Notes under the pieces: generated by a model
Database searches by the model: none
What the model was told of the DNA's origin: nothing
Seen by the model: only the letters and a program-made list of their open reading frames with translations
In this document: positions 29,716-42,000 of the stretch, piece by piece
How positions within the stretch are numbered: the first letter of the stretch is position 1
How the letters are laid out: every line of letters starts with the position of its first letter
Origin: an uncultured Planctomycetia bacterium
GTDB taxonomy: Bacteria; Omnitrophota; Gorgyraeia; Duberdicusellales; 4484-171
Reading direction: 5' to 3'
Assembly: GCA_964629655.1 (NCBI GenBank)
Contig: CAZVQU010000002.1
Span: 226,814-290,813 of the forward strand
Length of the DNA: 64,000 bases
Made by a program: the position numbers and the translations under genes

Positions 29716-30474
29716 TTACTTTACCTTTCTTAAATTTACGATTGCACCCCTGGCACCGGGAACATTTCCTTGGATAAAAAGAAGATCCTTCTCTTTATCC
29801 ACCTTCAAAATTTTTAAGTTCTTGGTTGTGCGAAAACTATCACCCATATGCCCAGGCATACCAAGACCTTTAATTATCTTCGAGGGATAAGCTGAGGCTC
29901 CAGCTGAACCTAGGCGCCGGTGCATAGTGTGCCCGTGTGATCCCGGCTGTCCACTCCAACCATGTTTTTTCATTCCGCCGGCAAAACCCTTTCCTTTAGT
30001 CTTAGCTCTCACGTCTACCATTTCTCCAACTTTAAAAATCTCTACACTTATTTGACGAGGATCAGTTGGCTCACCAGCAGACTCTTGTGCCTCTGGCTTA
30101 GCCACCTCAGGACCTTCAGAAGATTTAGCTTCGACACCCTCCTCTTGAGATTGCTGGACTTTGCTCTTTTGATCTTGGGCATCCGAAGGTGTAAATGAAA
30201 AATCAGCACCCTCTTCTACCTCTACCTCTCTAATAAGTTTGTAAGGGCTTACTCCCAATTTATCAAAATAACCCTTTACTGGTTGCTTTACTTTGCCGAT
30301 TTTCTTCTCTTGGATCTTGAAGCAACCAATCTTAGCCTTTGTTTGAGTAGGATACTCTACTTTTTCCAATACATAGACTGGCTCCACCTCTATTAAGGTA
30401 GTAGGTAAAAGGTTACCTTCCTCGTCAAAAACTTGAGTCATTCCGACTTTTTTCCCGTAAATCTCTCTAATCAT
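29716..30474 (-). CDS. rplC: 50S ribosomal protein L3 with an internal acidic low-complexity insertion of about 45 aa
   Basis: MIREIYGKKVGMTQVFD start (the ORF-track GTG start at 30498 was trimmed). Insertion spans FSFTPSDAQDQKSKVQQSQEEGVEAKSSEGPEVAKPEAQESAGEPTDPRQ. Core motif KGKGFAGGMKKHGW. Confidence 0.9.
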   Translation of the reverse strand: MIREIYGKKVGMTQVFDEEGNLLPTTLIEVEPVYVLEKVEYPTQTKAKIGCFKIQEKKIGKVKQPVKGYFDKLGVSPYKLIREVEVEEGADFSFTPSDAQDQKSKVQQSQEEGVEAKSSEGPEVAKPEAQESAGEPTDPRQISVEIFKVGEMVDVRAKTKGKGFAGGMKKHGWSGQPGSHGHTMHRRLGSAGASAYPSKIIKGLGMPGHMGDSFRTTKNLKILKVDKEKDLLFIQGNVPGARGAIVNLRKVK

Positions 30475-30516
30475 TTCTATTCCCAAAGACTTTAACACAG
30501 GCTAATGCCCCAGAAA

Positions 30517-30537
30517 ATACAGATACCCTATCTGTAT
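30517..30537 (-). promoter_or_regulatory. Perfect 9-bp hairpin (atacagata-ccc-tatctgtat) in the rpsJ-rplC spacer; candidate attenuator or processing structure
   Basis: Inverted repeat seen directly in the sequence. On the transcribed strand it is followed by TTTCTGGGG. The spacer is 97 nt when rplC starts at its ATG. Confidence 0.35.
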
Positions 30538-30571
30538 CCTACTGCGGCGATTATCCTCGAAGCCTCTTAAG

Positions 30572-30880
30572 TTACACTTCTTGTTTAATCTCTACGCTAA
30601 CGCCTGCGGGCAAATTTAGCTTTCGTAAGGCATCAATTGTTTTTGGCGTTGGTTTGTCCAAATCAATGATTCTCTTATGAATTGCTAACATAAATTGCTC
30701 ACGTGACTTCTTGTCAACATTGGTAGAACGATTAACAGTATAAATTTTCTTCTTCGTAGGCATAGGCATGGGACCATTGACCTTTGCTCCAGTCCGCATA
30801 GCTACTTCAGCTATTTCCTTCGCAGACTGATCCAAAATCCGATGGTCAAACGCTTTTAATTTTATCCTTAACTTAAGCAT
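30572..30880 (-). CDS. rpsJ: 30S ribosomal protein S10
   Basis: [19 protein letters not shown], 102 aa. Confidence 0.95.
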   Translation of the reverse strand: MLKLRIKLKAFDHRILDQSAKEIAEVAMRTGAKVNGPMPMPTKKKIYTVNRSTNVDKKSREQFMLAIHKRIIDLDKPTPKTIDALRKLNLPAGVSVEIKQEV

Positions 30881-30923
30881 AATTCATGCCTTAAACCACA
30901 ACCTAAATTGTAGTTTATCCCTT

Positions 30924-32126
30924 TTATTCAATGACCTCTGTTAGCACTCCTGCGCCTACTGTTCTTCCGCCCTCACGAATAGCAAACCTCAATTCTTTCT
31001 CTGCAGCTACTGGCTGAATCAATGTAATCTCTAATACCACATTATCTCCCGGCATAACCATTTCTACCCCTTGAGGTAATTGGCATGTTCCAGTAACATC
31101 AGTGGTACGAAAATAGAATTGTGGTCTGTACCCGGCAAAGAAAGGAGTGTGTCTTCCACCCTCTTCTTTCTTCAAGGCATAAACCTGAGCTTTAAACTTA
31201 GTATGAGGAGTAATTGAGCCAGGCTTAGCCAAAACCATTCCTCTCTCAACACCCTCTTTCTCTGTACCTCTTAAAAGTAAACCGACATTATCCCCGGCTT
31301 GACCTTCATCAAGGAGCTTTCTAAACATTTCCACCCCGGTAACTACTGTCTTGCTAACCTCAGGATGAATTCCTACTAATGACACTTCCTCACCAACTTT
31401 AACTTTTCCTCTCTCAACTCTTCCGGTTACTACTGTTCCTCGTCCAGAGATTGAGAAAACATCTTCGACAGCCATAAGGAATGGCTTATCAACGTCTCTT
31501 TTTGGTGTAGGAATATGTTCGTCTACAGCTTTCATCAGCTCGATAATTGCTTTACAATCTGCACACTCTTCTTTACCACAACAACACTTCATTGCTTTTA
31601 AAGCGGATCCTTTAACGATTGGGATTTCTTTGCCAGGAAATTCATACTTAATAAGCAAATCCCTGACTTCCTCTTCCACCAATTCAACTAGCTCGGCATC
31701 TTCCATCTGATCAACCTTGTTGATAAACACAACAACTGCTGGAACGTTTACCTGACGGGCTAAAAGAATGTGCTCTCTTGTCTGTGGCATTGGACCATCA
31801 GTAGCAGCCACAACTAGAATCGCTCCATCCATCTGAGCTGCCCCAGTGATCATGTTCTTGATATAGTCAGCGTGACCAGGGCAATCAATATGAGCGTAGT
31901 GACGATTATCAGTCTCGTACTCAACGTGAGCAATATTGATAGTCACTCCACGCTCTTTCTCTTCCGGCGCCTTATCGATATCTTCAAATTTAAGCGCCTT
32001 AGCCTTACCTTGAGTCGCTAAAACCCCAGTTATTGCTGAAGTAAGCGTCGTCTTACCATGGTCAACGTGGCCAATGGTGCCGATGTTGAGATGGGGTTTT
32101 GTCCTTACAAACTTCTCTTTTCCCAT
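30924..32126 (-). CDS. tuf: Elongation factor Tu, carrying a Cys5 insertion ([13 protein letters not shown]) in domain I
   Basis: [23 protein letters not shown] motifs. 400 aa. Confidence 0.95.
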   Translation of the reverse strand: MGKEKFVRTKPHLNIGTIGHVDHGKTTLTSAITGVLATQGKAKALKFEDIDKAPEEKERGVTINIAHVEYETDNRHYAHIDCPGHADYIKNMITGAAQMDGAILVVAATDGPMPQTREHILLARQVNVPAVVVFINKVDQMEDAELVELVEEEVRDLLIKYEFPGKEIPIVKGSALKAMKCCCGKEECADCKAIIELMKAVDEHIPTPKRDVDKPFLMAVEDVFSISGRGTVVTGRVERGKVKVGEEVSLVGIHPEVSKTVVTGVEMFRKLLDEGQAGDNVGLLLRGTEKEGVERGMVLAKPGSITPHTKFKAQVYALKKEEGGRHTPFFAGYRPQFYFRTTDVTGTCQLPQGVEMVMPGDNVVLEITLIQPVAAEKELRFAIREGGRTVGAGVLTEVIE

Positions 32127-32145
32127 ACTACACCTCCTTATCCAA

Positions 32146-34230
32146 TTAAATTCCTAATATTTTTGACAGTAACTCTTCGGGAACCTTCTCGTAATACGAA
32201 GGCTCTATTGTATAAGATGCCCTACCTTGTGTCAAGCTTCTAAGCGCATCAGCGTAGTTAAAAACTCCCGACAAAGGCACATCGGCTCTGGCAATTCGAA
32301 GATTTTTTCTCTCGCGAATCGATGATATCTTCCCTCGACGCGAATTCAAATCCCCGATAACTTGGCTAACGTACTCAGTAGGTGTAACTACTTCCAAATC
32401 CATCACCGGCTCTAATACAACTGGCTTCGCTTTACGTAACCCCTCTTTAATTCCTATTTCTCCGGCAACCTTAAAAGCTAGCTCTGAAGAATCAACATCA
32501 TGATAAGAGCCATCAATTAAAGTTGCTTTTATATCGACCACAGGATACCCTCCTAAAACGCCACTCTCTACAGCTTCAAAGACTCCTTCTTCAACTGCTG
32601 GAATGTATTCCTTGGGAATAGCACCTGACTTTATTTTATTCTCGAAAATAATACCTTTACCTTTACCTAAAGGCTCCAAGAGCAATACCACATGCCCATA
32701 TTGGCCACGGCCTCCGGTTTGTTGGATGAACTTACCTACAGATTCGACTCTGCGGGTAATTGTCTCTTTATAGGCAACCTGGGGCTTACCAATTCTTGCA
32801 GTTACGCTGAATTCCCTTATTAACCTATCAACCATAATCTCAAGGTGCAACTGTCCCATGCCAGAAATTATATTCTGACCAGTCTCGCGATTGTAAGCTA
32901 CCTTAAAAGACGGATCTTCGTCAGAAAGTTTCTTCAATCCGGCAAAAAGTTTCTCTTGGTCAGCCTTGGTCTTAGGCTCAATAGCTAAAGAAACAACCGG
33001 TTCGGGGAACTTTATCGCTTCTAGAAGAATTGGATGTCGGCTATCACAAAGAGTATCTCCGGTCACCGTATCCTTTAAGCCCACCAAGCAAACAATATCA
33101 CCAGCACCTGCTTCCTTAACAACTTCTTGCTTATTAGCATGCATCTTTAGAATCTTCATGACCCGTTCTTTAGCCTTCTTAGTAACATTATATATATTGG
33201 ATGCAGCTGCAATCTTACCTGAATATATTCGTGTATAAAATAATTTTCCTAAGAAGGGGTCAGTCGCAACCTTAAAACATAAAGCACACAAGGATGAGCT
33301 TTCTCCAATTTCAACTATCTGCTCCTGCCCTTTTTTCTCATCTACTCCGATTATCTCTCCGGCTTCCAAAGGCGAAGGAAGATAGTCGCAAACAGCATCA
33401 AGAAGTTGCTGGATTCCCTTATTCTTTAAAGCTGAACCACAGAAAACCGGAACAAACTTATTAGTCAAAACATATTTTCTTATTGCATTTTTAGTCTCTT
33501 CGGAAGTTATTCCATCGCCGTTAATTACCTTTTGCATAATCTCATCGTCAAGCTCAGCTAATTTTTCCGCCAGACGTTCATTAGCTTTAGTCACCGCCTC
33601 TTTCATCTCCTCAGGAACTTCGCTATAGATAAGCTCTTCGCCCAACTCTCCCTTATAATATATTGCTTTATTAGTAAATAAATCCACCAAACCTAGGAAC
33701 TCATCTTCTTTATATATAGGTAACTGAACCGGAGCCATAACAACTTGCAGTTTCTCTTGCATATCGCCAAGCACGTTAAAAAAATCAGCTCCTACCCTAT
33801 CTAACTTATTAATAAAAGCAATACGGGGAATATTATACTTGTCAGCCTGACGCCAAACAGTTTCTGACTGGGGCTCGACTCCGCCAACACCGCAAAAAAT
33901 AACTACTACTCCGTCTAAAACTTTCAATGACCTCTCTACCTCAACAGTAAAATCAATATGCCCAGGAGTATCAATTATATTAATCTGTTTATCATGCCAT
34001 TGGCAAGAAGTAGCAGCTGATGTGATGGTAATACCTCTTTCTTTTTCCTGAACCATCCAATCGGTAATTGTTGTCCCTTCATGGACCTCACCAACCTTAT
34101 ATGTACGGCCAGTATAGTACAAGACCCTTTCGGTAGTCGTAGTCTTACCGGCATCAATATGGGCTATAAAACCGATATTTCTTGTTGAATCTAATCCCTT
34201 CTTCATAATCGCAACATTTATACTATTCAC
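32146..34230 (-). CDS. fusA: Elongation factor G
   Basis: [24 protein letters not shown] motifs. 694 aa. Confidence 0.95.
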   Translation of the reverse strand: MNSINVAIMKKGLDSTRNIGFIAHIDAGKTTTTERVLYYTGRTYKVGEVHEGTTITDWMVQEKERGITITSAATSCQWHDKQINIIDTPGHIDFTVEVERSLKVLDGVVVIFCGVGGVEPQSETVWRQADKYNIPRIAFINKLDRVGADFFNVLGDMQEKLQVVMAPVQLPIYKEDEFLGLVDLFTNKAIYYKGELGEELIYSEVPEEMKEAVTKANERLAEKLAELDDEIMQKVINGDGITSEETKNAIRKYVLTNKFVPVFCGSALKNKGIQQLLDAVCDYLPSPLEAGEIIGVDEKKGQEQIVEIGESSSLCALCFKVATDPFLGKLFYTRIYSGKIAAASNIYNVTKKAKERVMKILKMHANKQEVVKEAGAGDIVCLVGLKDTVTGDTLCDSRHPILLEAIKFPEPVVSLAIEPKTKADQEKLFAGLKKLSDEDPSFKVAYNRETGQNIISGMGQLHLEIMVDRLIREFSVTARIGKPQVAYKETITRRVESVGKFIQQTGGRGQYGHVVLLLEPLGKGKGIIFENKIKSGAIPKEYIPAVEEGVFEAVESGVLGGYPVVDIKATLIDGSYHDVDSSELAFKVAGEIGIKEGLRKAKPVVLEPVMDLEVVTPTEYVSQVIGDLNSRRGKISSIRERKNLRIARADVPLSGVFNYADALRSLTQGRASYTIEPSYYEKVPEELLSKILGI

Positions 34231-34235
34231 TTATG

Positions 34236-34703
34236 CTAATACCTAAAGTGTGCAAATGCTCTGTTAGCTTCTGCCATCTTGTGTGTGTCTTCTCTCTTTT
34301 TAATTACTGGACCTTCTCCTTTAAAAGCAGATACAATTTCCTCAGCCAGCTTTATCTTCATTGGTTTGCCTTTTTTCTTTAAGGCTGAATCCTTTATCCA
34401 GCGTATCGCGATCGAAGTCCCCTTCTCTTTGGTTACCTCTAAGGGAACTTGATATGTTGCTCCACCAATTCTTCTAGGCTTAACATTCATCCGAGGGCGA
34501 GCATTATCTAAAGCAGCAAAAAACGCCTTTATTGGGTCTTCCTTGAGCCGCTCGGAAACAATATCAAAAGCATCGTAGATAATCTTCTGGGCAACACTTT
34601 TCTTGCCATCACGCATAATAATATTAACAAAATTGCCTACTACCAAAGAATCATACTTTGGGTCTGTCCTTATGTTTCTTTTAGGCGCTCTCCTTCTTCT
34701 CAT
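34236..34703 (-). CDS. rpsG: 30S ribosomal protein S7
   Basis: 155 aa, conserved. Confidence 0.95.
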   Translation of the reverse strand: MRRRRAPKRNIRTDPKYDSLVVGNFVNIIMRDGKKSVAQKIIYDAFDIVSERLKEDPIKAFFAALDNARPRMNVKPRRIGGATYQVPLEVTKEKGTSIAIRWIKDSALKKKGKPMKIKLAEEIVSAFKGEGPVIKKREDTHKMAEANRAFAHFRY

Positions 34704-34724
34704 ATTAACCTATCTCCTTAAAAT

Positions 34725-35099
34725 TTAGCTCTTAGGCCTCTTGGCTCCGTATTTAGAGCGTGATCTCTTTCTATTCTGTACCCCTTGGCAATCAAGGGTT
34801 CCTCTTACAATATGATACCTTACACCAGGAAGATCTTTTACCCTCCCGCCTCTCACTAGGGCTATGGAGTGTTCCTGCAGATTATGCCCTTCACCGGGAA
34901 TATAAGCAGTGACTTCCTGGCCATTGGTCAACCTTATTCTGGCAATCTTACGTAAGGCTGAGTTAGGCTTCTTAGGAGTCATTGTTCTTACCTGAATACA
35001 TACTCCTCTTCTTTGCGGACACCCGCCTAAAGCAGGAGACTTTCCCTTTTTCTTCTTAAGCATACGACTTTTTCTTATCAACTGAATTATTGTTGGCAT
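34725..35099 (-). CDS. rpsL: 30S ribosomal protein S12
   Basis: [10 protein letters not shown] ... [10 protein letters not shown]. The start overlaps the rpoC 3' end by 13 nt. Confidence 0.95.
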   Translation of the reverse strand: MPTIIQLIRKSRMLKKKKGKSPALGGCPQRRGVCIQVRTMTPKKPNSALRKIARIRLTNGQEVTAYIPGEGHNLQEHSIALVRGGRVKDLPGVRYHIVRGTLDCQGVQNRKRSRSKYGAKRPKS

Positions 35100-38000
35100 T
35101 TCTCCACCTCAACTTCTCTATATTTCTTTAAACCAGTTCCAGCAGGAATAAGATGCCCTACTATTACATTTTCCTTTAACCCTTGCAATTGATCCGACTT
35201 TCCAGCAGTAGCAGCGTCAGCCAAGATTCGAGTAGTCTCCTGAAAGCTTGCTGCTGAAATAAAACTCTTTGTACTCAAAGATGCCTTGGTAATACCTAGA
35301 AGCAGCGGTGACGCTATAGCAGGCTTGCCACCTTTCTTAATGACTCGCTCATTCTCACGACGAAAATCCCACTTGTCTATCCCCTCTCCAGGCAAAAATT
35401 CACTATCTCCGGAATCATCAACCCTCACCTTCTTAAGCATTTCGCGGATAATAACCTCGATATGTTTGTTATTTATCCTTACACCCTGTAAACGATAAAT
35501 TTCCTGTATCTCGTTAACCAAACGCTCTTGCAGCACTTTATCTCCGCAAACTCTTAAAATATCCTGCAAGACTACCGGCCCTTCAATCAATTGTTGTCCG
35601 GCAACAACTTGATCTCCTCTATAAACTATCGGATGAGCCCCAGTAGGAATCGCATATTCTCTGCTCATCCCAGTAGGACTACGGACAATAATCTTTCTCT
35701 CACCAGCAGCTTCAGCAAATTCAATAAACCCATCTATTTCACTTATAACAGCCGGGTTCTTAGGACGCCTGGCTTCAAACAACTCTGCTACCCGAGGTAG
35801 GCCTCCGGTGATATCCCTAGTCTTTGCTACTAAACGCGGTGTCTTGGCAATAACATCACCGGCCTCAACTGCATCACCCTCGCTCATCATTATATGAGCG
35901 CCAGTAGGTAGAGGGTAAAACCCGAGAACCTCTTCTTTCTTGGAAAGAGTAAGAATTTGTGGGTGGTAATCACCCTTGAAATCAACTACGACTCTTTCTT
36001 TTCTACCAGTGGTAACATTTAGCTCTTCTTGGATAGTAATTTTATCAATAATATCTTCGTACTTAACTTTACCACCCGCCTCTGCCAATATCGGTGAAGA
36101 GTAAGGATCCCATCTTACAAATATCTTATCCTTCTCGATTTCTCCGTTATCAGCAATAGAAATTGATGATCCTTGAGGAACAGGATTCCTCTGAAGCTCA
36201 ATTCCCTTACTATCATTGATGCTTATCATTCCATTTCTGTTGAGAACTACGAAATGCCTTCCTTTAGAAACAACCCTAAGGTTATGGTACTTAACAACTC
36301 CCTTCTCTCTTGACTTTATGAATGAACGCTCAGCTACTCGTGAAGCTGTACCTCCGATATGGAAAGTTCTCATTGTAAGCTGAGTACCTGGCTCACCAAT
36401 AGATTGAGCAGCAATAACCCCTACAGCTTCGCCGATCTCCACTAACTTTCTCGAGGCTAGATTCTTTCCGTAACATCTAATACAAACTCCCCTCTCTGAT
36501 TCACAAGTCAAAACACTTCTTATCCTTATCTTTTCTAAACCTAAACGCTCTATCCTCTCTGCGATTTCTTCGGTAATCTCCTCATTAGTCTTAACAATTA
36601 TCTCATCGCTCACCAAATCAGCGATATTATCTAAGGCGATCCTCCCGACTATTCTCTCTCGCAAAGAAACAACAACATCTTCCCCTTCAACAATCTCTGA
36701 AGCTGTTATTCCGTTTACCGTCCCGCAATCATCTTCAACGATGATAACTTCTTGAGCCACGTCTACAAGACGACGGGTAAGATAACCAGCATCAGCAGTC
36801 TTTAAGGCAGTATCAGCTAATCCCTTTCTGGCTCCGTGGGTAGAGATAAAAAACTCTAATACTGTTAATCCCTCTTTAAAGTTAGAGGTGATCGGTATTT
36901 CAATAATCTCTCCTGACGGCTTAGCCATAAGCCCTCTCATCCCGGCTAACTGTCTTACCTGCAGCCTTGAGCCTCTAGCCCCAGAATCTGCCATCATAAA
37001 AACCGGGTTATCCTGTTCCATATTCTTAAATACAAAATCTGAAACCCGATCAGTGGTTCTTGTCCAAACGTCAATAATCTTATTGTGTCTCTCCCTCTCG
37101 GTGATAATTCCGCGTCGATACTGATCTTCTACCTTGTTCAACTCGTTATTGGCTTCGGCAATACACTCTTGTTTTTGTTCAGGTATCTTTAAATCACCAA
37201 CACCAATGCTTATCCCCCCCAAGGTAGCATACTCAAATCCTAAATCCTTTATATTATCTAAGAGAGCGATAACAGCACTGTGGCCAAATTGCTTATAGCA
37301 TTCGCTAATAATTCCTGACACGCTTCTCTTATCTAAGGCCTCGTTAACAAAACGAAATCCTTTAGGTAGAATTTGATTAAAAACAACTCTACCAGTAGTA
37401 GTCTCAACTATTTTCCTCTCCCCGTTCTCACTTATTCTTAGCTTAACCTTAGCGTGAAGATCAACCTCTTCATCCTGGTAGGCAGTAATTACTTCTTCGA
37501 AATTAGAAAAGGTTATTCCTTCACCCTTAGCCTTATCTTTAGCCATGGTAATATAGCGACAGCCAATAATCATATCCTGACTAGGTGCAATAACCGGTCG
37601 GCCATCAGAAGGAGAAAAAATGTTGTTCACCGAAAGCATGATTACCCTAGCCTCAGCCTGAGCTTCTAAAGATAGTGGGAGATGAACCGCCATCTGGTCA
37701 CCGTCAAAGTCAGCATTGAAAGCAGCACAAACAAGCGGATGTAATTTAATAGCTTTTCCTTCAACTAAAACTGGATAAAAAGCTTGAATACTTAAACGAT
37801 GCAACGTAGGAGCACGATTAAGCAGAACCGGATGCCCTTCGATTACATCTTCAAGAATATCCCAAACTTCAATTCGAGCACGCTCAACCATTCTTCGCGC
37901 ACCCTTTATCGTATGCACAAATCCTTTTTCTCTTAATTTCTTTATAATGAACGGTTCAACTAATTCTAAAGCCATCTGCTTAGGAATGCCACATTGATGA

Positions 38001-39058
38001 AGCTTTAGCTCCGGACCGACGACAATAACACTTCTTCCCGAATAATCTACACGCTTACCTAAGAGATTCTGCCTAAAACGTCCTTGCTTACCCTTAAGCA
38101 TGTCAGAAAGACTCTTTAAGGGTCTGTTTTGCGGACCGACGACTGGCCGTCCATGACGTCCATTTTCTAAAACTGCATCGACAGCTTCCTGAAGCATTCT
38201 CTTTTCGTTCCTGATGATTATATCCGGTGCGCCCAAAGAAATTAATTTCTTCAAACGGTTATTTCTATTTATAACTCGACGATAAAGGTCATTGAGGTCA
38301 GAGGAAGCAAATCTTCCGCCCTCAAGAGGCACCAAGGGGCGTAAATCTGGTGGGATAATCGGAAGAGCATCTAAAACCATCCACTCACACTTATTTCCCG
38401 AGCGGCGCATGTCTTCAATTATCTTTAATCTCTTCAGAAGCCTCTTGTTTACTCCAACTTTACCTTTTTCTATACTTTTACGCACTGCTTTGCTTAGCTT
38501 ATCTAAATCAACTTCCTTTAAAAGTTCTTTTATAACTTCAGCTCCGATTCCAGCCTTAAAATCTCCACCAAAATTTTCTAAAGCCTCACGATATTCTGCT
38601 TCATTAAGAAGCTGGCCTTTCTTCAAGCGAGCTGTACCCGGATCAACCACAACATACTCTTCGTAGTAAATAACTTTTTCTAATTGTTTAATGCTTAAAT
38701 CAAGGAGGGCGCCGATTCGGGAAGGAAGAACTTTAAAAAACCATATGTGTGTTGCCGGTGCAGCTAAGGCAATATGCCCCATACGCTGCCTTCTTACCGA
38801 AGAATGCAGAATTTCTACTCCGCAACGATCACACTTGGAACCTTTAAATTTTATTCCCTTCATCTTACCGCAATGACACTCCCAATCCTTGGCCGGTCCA
38901 AAAATCCTCTCACAGAAAAGGCCATCTTTCTCAGGCTTCAAAGTACGGTAATTTAAAGTTTCAGCCTTCTTCACTTCACCCGAAGACCAACTCTTGATAA
39001 CCCCCGGTGAAGCTAACTTTATATTTATCCGATCAAAAAAAGTACCTTCTTCTATCAT
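35087..39058 (-). CDS. rpoC: DNA-directed RNA polymerase subunit beta'
   Basis: Zinc site CHCGKMKG...CDRCGVEI and NADFDGDQM catalytic motif. Start trimmed to the ATG at 39058, which overlaps the rpoB TGA (ATGA). Confidence 0.95.
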   Translation of the reverse strand: MIEEGTFFDRINIKLASPGVIKSWSSGEVKKAETLNYRTLKPEKDGLFCERIFGPAKDWECHCGKMKGIKFKGSKCDRCGVEILHSSVRRQRMGHIALAAPATHIWFFKVLPSRIGALLDLSIKQLEKVIYYEEYVVVDPGTARLKKGQLLNEAEYREALENFGGDFKAGIGAEVIKELLKEVDLDKLSKAVRKSIEKGKVGVNKRLLKRLKIIEDMRRSGNKCEWMVLDALPIIPPDLRPLVPLEGGRFASSDLNDLYRRVINRNNRLKKLISLGAPDIIIRNEKRMLQEAVDAVLENGRHGRPVVGPQNRPLKSLSDMLKGKQGRFRQNLLGKRVDYSGRSVIVVGPELKLHQCGIPKQMALELVEPFIIKKLREKGFVHTIKGARRMVERARIEVWDILEDVIEGHPVLLNRAPTLHRLSIQAFYPVLVEGKAIKLHPLVCAAFNADFDGDQMAVHLPLSLEAQAEARVIMLSVNNIFSPSDGRPVIAPSQDMIIGCRYITMAKDKAKGEGITFSNFEEVITAYQDEEVDLHAKVKLRISENGERKIVETTTGRVVFNQILPKGFRFVNEALDKRSVSGIISECYKQFGHSAVIALLDNIKDLGFEYATLGGISIGVGDLKIPEQKQECIAEANNELNKVEDQYRRGIITERERHNKIIDVWTRTTDRVSDFVFKNMEQDNPVFMMADSGARGSRLQVRQLAGMRGLMAKPSGEIIEIPITSNFKEGLTVLEFFISTHGARKGLADTALKTADAGYLTRRLVDVAQEVIIVEDDCGTVNGITASEIVEGEDVVVSLRERIVGRIALDNIADLVSDEIIVKTNEEITEEIAERIERLGLEKIRIRSVLTCESERGVCIRCYGKNLASRKLVEIGEAVGVIAAQSIGEPGTQLTMRTFHIGGTASRVAERSFIKSREKGVVKYHNLRVVSKGRHFVVLNRNGMISINDSKGIELQRNPVPQGSSISIADNGEIEKDKIFVRWDPYSSPILAEAGGKVKYEDIIDKITIQEELNVTTGRKERVVVDFKGDYHPQILTLSKKEEVLGFYPLPTGAHIMMSEGDAVEAGDVIAKTPRLVAKTRDITGGLPRVAELFEARRPKNPAVISEIDGFIEFAEAAGERKIIVRSPTGMSREYAIPTGAHPIVYRGDQVVAGQQLIEGPVVLQDILRVCGDKVLQERLVNEIQEIYRLQGVRINNKHIEVIIREMLKKVRVDDSGDSEFLPGEGIDKWDFRRENERVIKKGGKPAIASPLLLGITKASLSTKSFISAASFQETTRILADAATAGKSDQLQGLKENVIVGHLIPAGTGLKKYREVEVEKCQQ

Positions 39059-42000
39059 TTGCTCTCCTTTTCTGCCCTGATATCCAAACAAAGTCCCTGC
39101 AATTCCTTTATCAAAACATTGAAAGATTCGGGTACAGAAGGATGAAACTTTTGCTCGCCTCTCACGATTGCTTCGTATATTCTTGTTCTTCCTTCTACAT
39201 CATCACTCTTTACTGTAAGCATCTCTTGAAGAGTAAAAGCTGCGCCATAAGCTTCCAAAGCCCAAACTTCCATCTCACCAAAGCGCTGACCACCAAATTG
39301 GGCTTTTCCGCCTAACGGCTGTTGAGTAATAAGTGAGTAAGGTCCGATGGCCCGGGCGTGGATCTTGTCATCAACCATATGTACTAATTTCATTATGTAC
39401 ACATACCCTACACCAGCCTTTTGAGCAAAAGGCTTACCAGTGTAACCATCAAAAAGGGTAACCTTGCCATCTTCAGGCAAACCAGCTTCAGTTAATAAAC
39501 CTCTTACGTCCTCCTCCTTCGCTCCATCAAAAACAGGAGAAGCAATCCTTAAGCCTAGTCGTTTAGCGGCCCAACCTAGATGCATTTCTAGAAGCTGACC
39601 GACATTCATTCGTGAAGGTACCCCTAAAGGATTTAGAAGTATATCTATCGGTGTCCCATCATCGAGATAAGGCATATCTTCCTCAGGTAAAATTTTAGAA
39701 ATTACTCCTTTGTTCCCGTGTCGGCCCGAAAGCTTATCGCCGGCGGAAATCTTCCTCTTCATGGCTACAAAAACAACTACTCGCTTCAAAACTCCCGCTG
39801 GAAGCTCATCGCCTTTTTTGATCTTAGCTATTTCTAGTTCCTTCTCAATAGACAACTCAATAAGCCGTCCATCATAAATATCAAGTATTGCTTTTGCTTC
39901 TTCATTTTCCTCGCAATCAGAAGATGTAACTTTATTATCAGCCTTGCCTAAACAGATACCTAAACGTCTGCCTTTCTCTCGCTCTAAGAGCTCTTTCTCT
40001 TCATCGTAATAAGTCTCAATCTCCTTTATTCTACGTAACTCCTCGGTCTTCTCCTTCTTTGAACGCCGTCCTCTGTCTTTTCTCTGAAAGACCTCAACGT
40101 TTGTGACTACGCCATAAATGCCCGGAGGAACTCGCAGGGAAGTATCTTTTACATCTGCTGCTTTCTCGCCAAATATTGCCCTTAATAATCTCTCTTCCGG
40201 AGAAAGCTCTTTTTCTGTCTTGGGAGTTACCCGCCCGACCAAAATATCGTCAGGCATAACTTCAGCTCCGATTCGGATAATACCGCTATCATCCAAATTG
40301 CTTAGAGCCTCTTCGCTAACATTAGGAATATCCCGAGTAACTTCTTCATTACCTAATCTTGTTTCCCGAGATTCACACTCGAACTTCTCAATATGTAAAG
40401 AAGTAAGTGTGTCCTCTTTTAATAATCTTTCATTAATAATAATTGCGTCTTCAAAGTTATAGCCCCTCCAAGGCAAGAATGCTACAAGCAAATTAGTACC
40501 TAAAGAAAGGTTTCCATCTTCTGTTGCCATACCGTCAGCAATAATTGTATTCCTCTTTAGTTCATCCCCTTTCTTAACTAAAGGTTTTTGATTTGTGCAA
40601 GTGTCAGCGTTAGAACGGCAGAATTTCTTTAGCTTGTAAGTAAAATTTCCTACTCTTATTGATGACGCATCTACTTCATTAACCTTGCCTGACTCGTTAG
40701 CAATCACCATTACTCCGCTATCTCTAGCTACCTTTTCCTCAACCCCGGTTCCAACCAGAGGTTGCTGAGGAAACATTAATGGCACTGCTTGCCTCTGCAT
40801 ATTCGAACCCATAAGCGCACGGTTGGCATCATCATGTTCAAGAAAAGGAATTAGCGAGGCAGAAACAGATATAATCTGCTGGGGAGAAACATCCATGTAC
40901 TCGATATTTTTCGGTTTTATTTTGGGAAACTTTCCTAAGTGGCGGGCATAAATTTCTTTATCTTTAATTTTTCCATCTGTGTCTATGTTGGCAGTTACCT
41001 GCGAAATTACTGAGTTCTCTTCTTCGTCACCCATTAAAAATTCAGTTTTCTCATTAACTACTCCGTTTTCTACCTTTCGATAAGGAGTGGTCAAAAATCC
41101 TAGAGGATTTATCCGGGCATAGGTAGTTAATGAAGCTAGAAGACCAATATTTGCCCCCTCCGGTGTCTCTATAGGACAAATCTTTCCGTAGTGGGTAGGA
41201 TGAACGTCACGGACTTCAAAACCGGCACGTTCACGAGACAAACCTCCTGGCCCCATTGCTGAAAGTCTACGCTTGTGAGTCATTTCAGCCAAGGGATTTG
41301 TTTGGTCCATAAATTGAGAAAGGGGTGAACGAGCGAAGAAGTCTTGTATTTGTGTTGAGAAAGCTCGAGAATTTATAAGATGCTGAATAGCAAAATCATT
41401 GGAAGAAATAAGCGAATACCTATCAAGGAATGTTCTCTCGACCCTTAATAGACCTACCCTTACTTGATGCTGTAAAAGTTCACCGATAAGTTTTACTCTT
41501 CGATTGGAAAGATGATCGATATCGTCTATATCTCTTTTTCCAGCCTTTACCGTAAGTAAGGTCTTAATAATTTCTATTACGGTAGTTAAATCTAAAGTTC
41601 TTTTGCTTAAGTTAAAATCCGTACCTAACTTCTTATTAAGAAGATATCTGCCTACTCTACCTAAATCGTATCGGCGGGGATCAAGGAACATCCTTCTAAA
41701 GACCTCTTTGGCAGCTTCCAAAGTAATTGGTTCGGTAGGACGCATCTTCTTGTAAAAATCTAAATAAGCGCCTTCCTTAGTTGTTGTTGAATCTTTTTTA
41801 ACTGTATTAACTAATTCCGGATACGGTTTATCAGAAAAATGGCTATAAATATTATCATTAGTAGAAAGACCTAAGATACGTAAAATTTGAGTTGCCGGAA
41901 AAGTCTTTCTGCGGTCAATAATCGCAGTAATAGTATCGTTTATGTCGGTTCGAAATTCCAGCCAATATCCACGATAAGGAATTATCCTGGCAAAGTAAAT

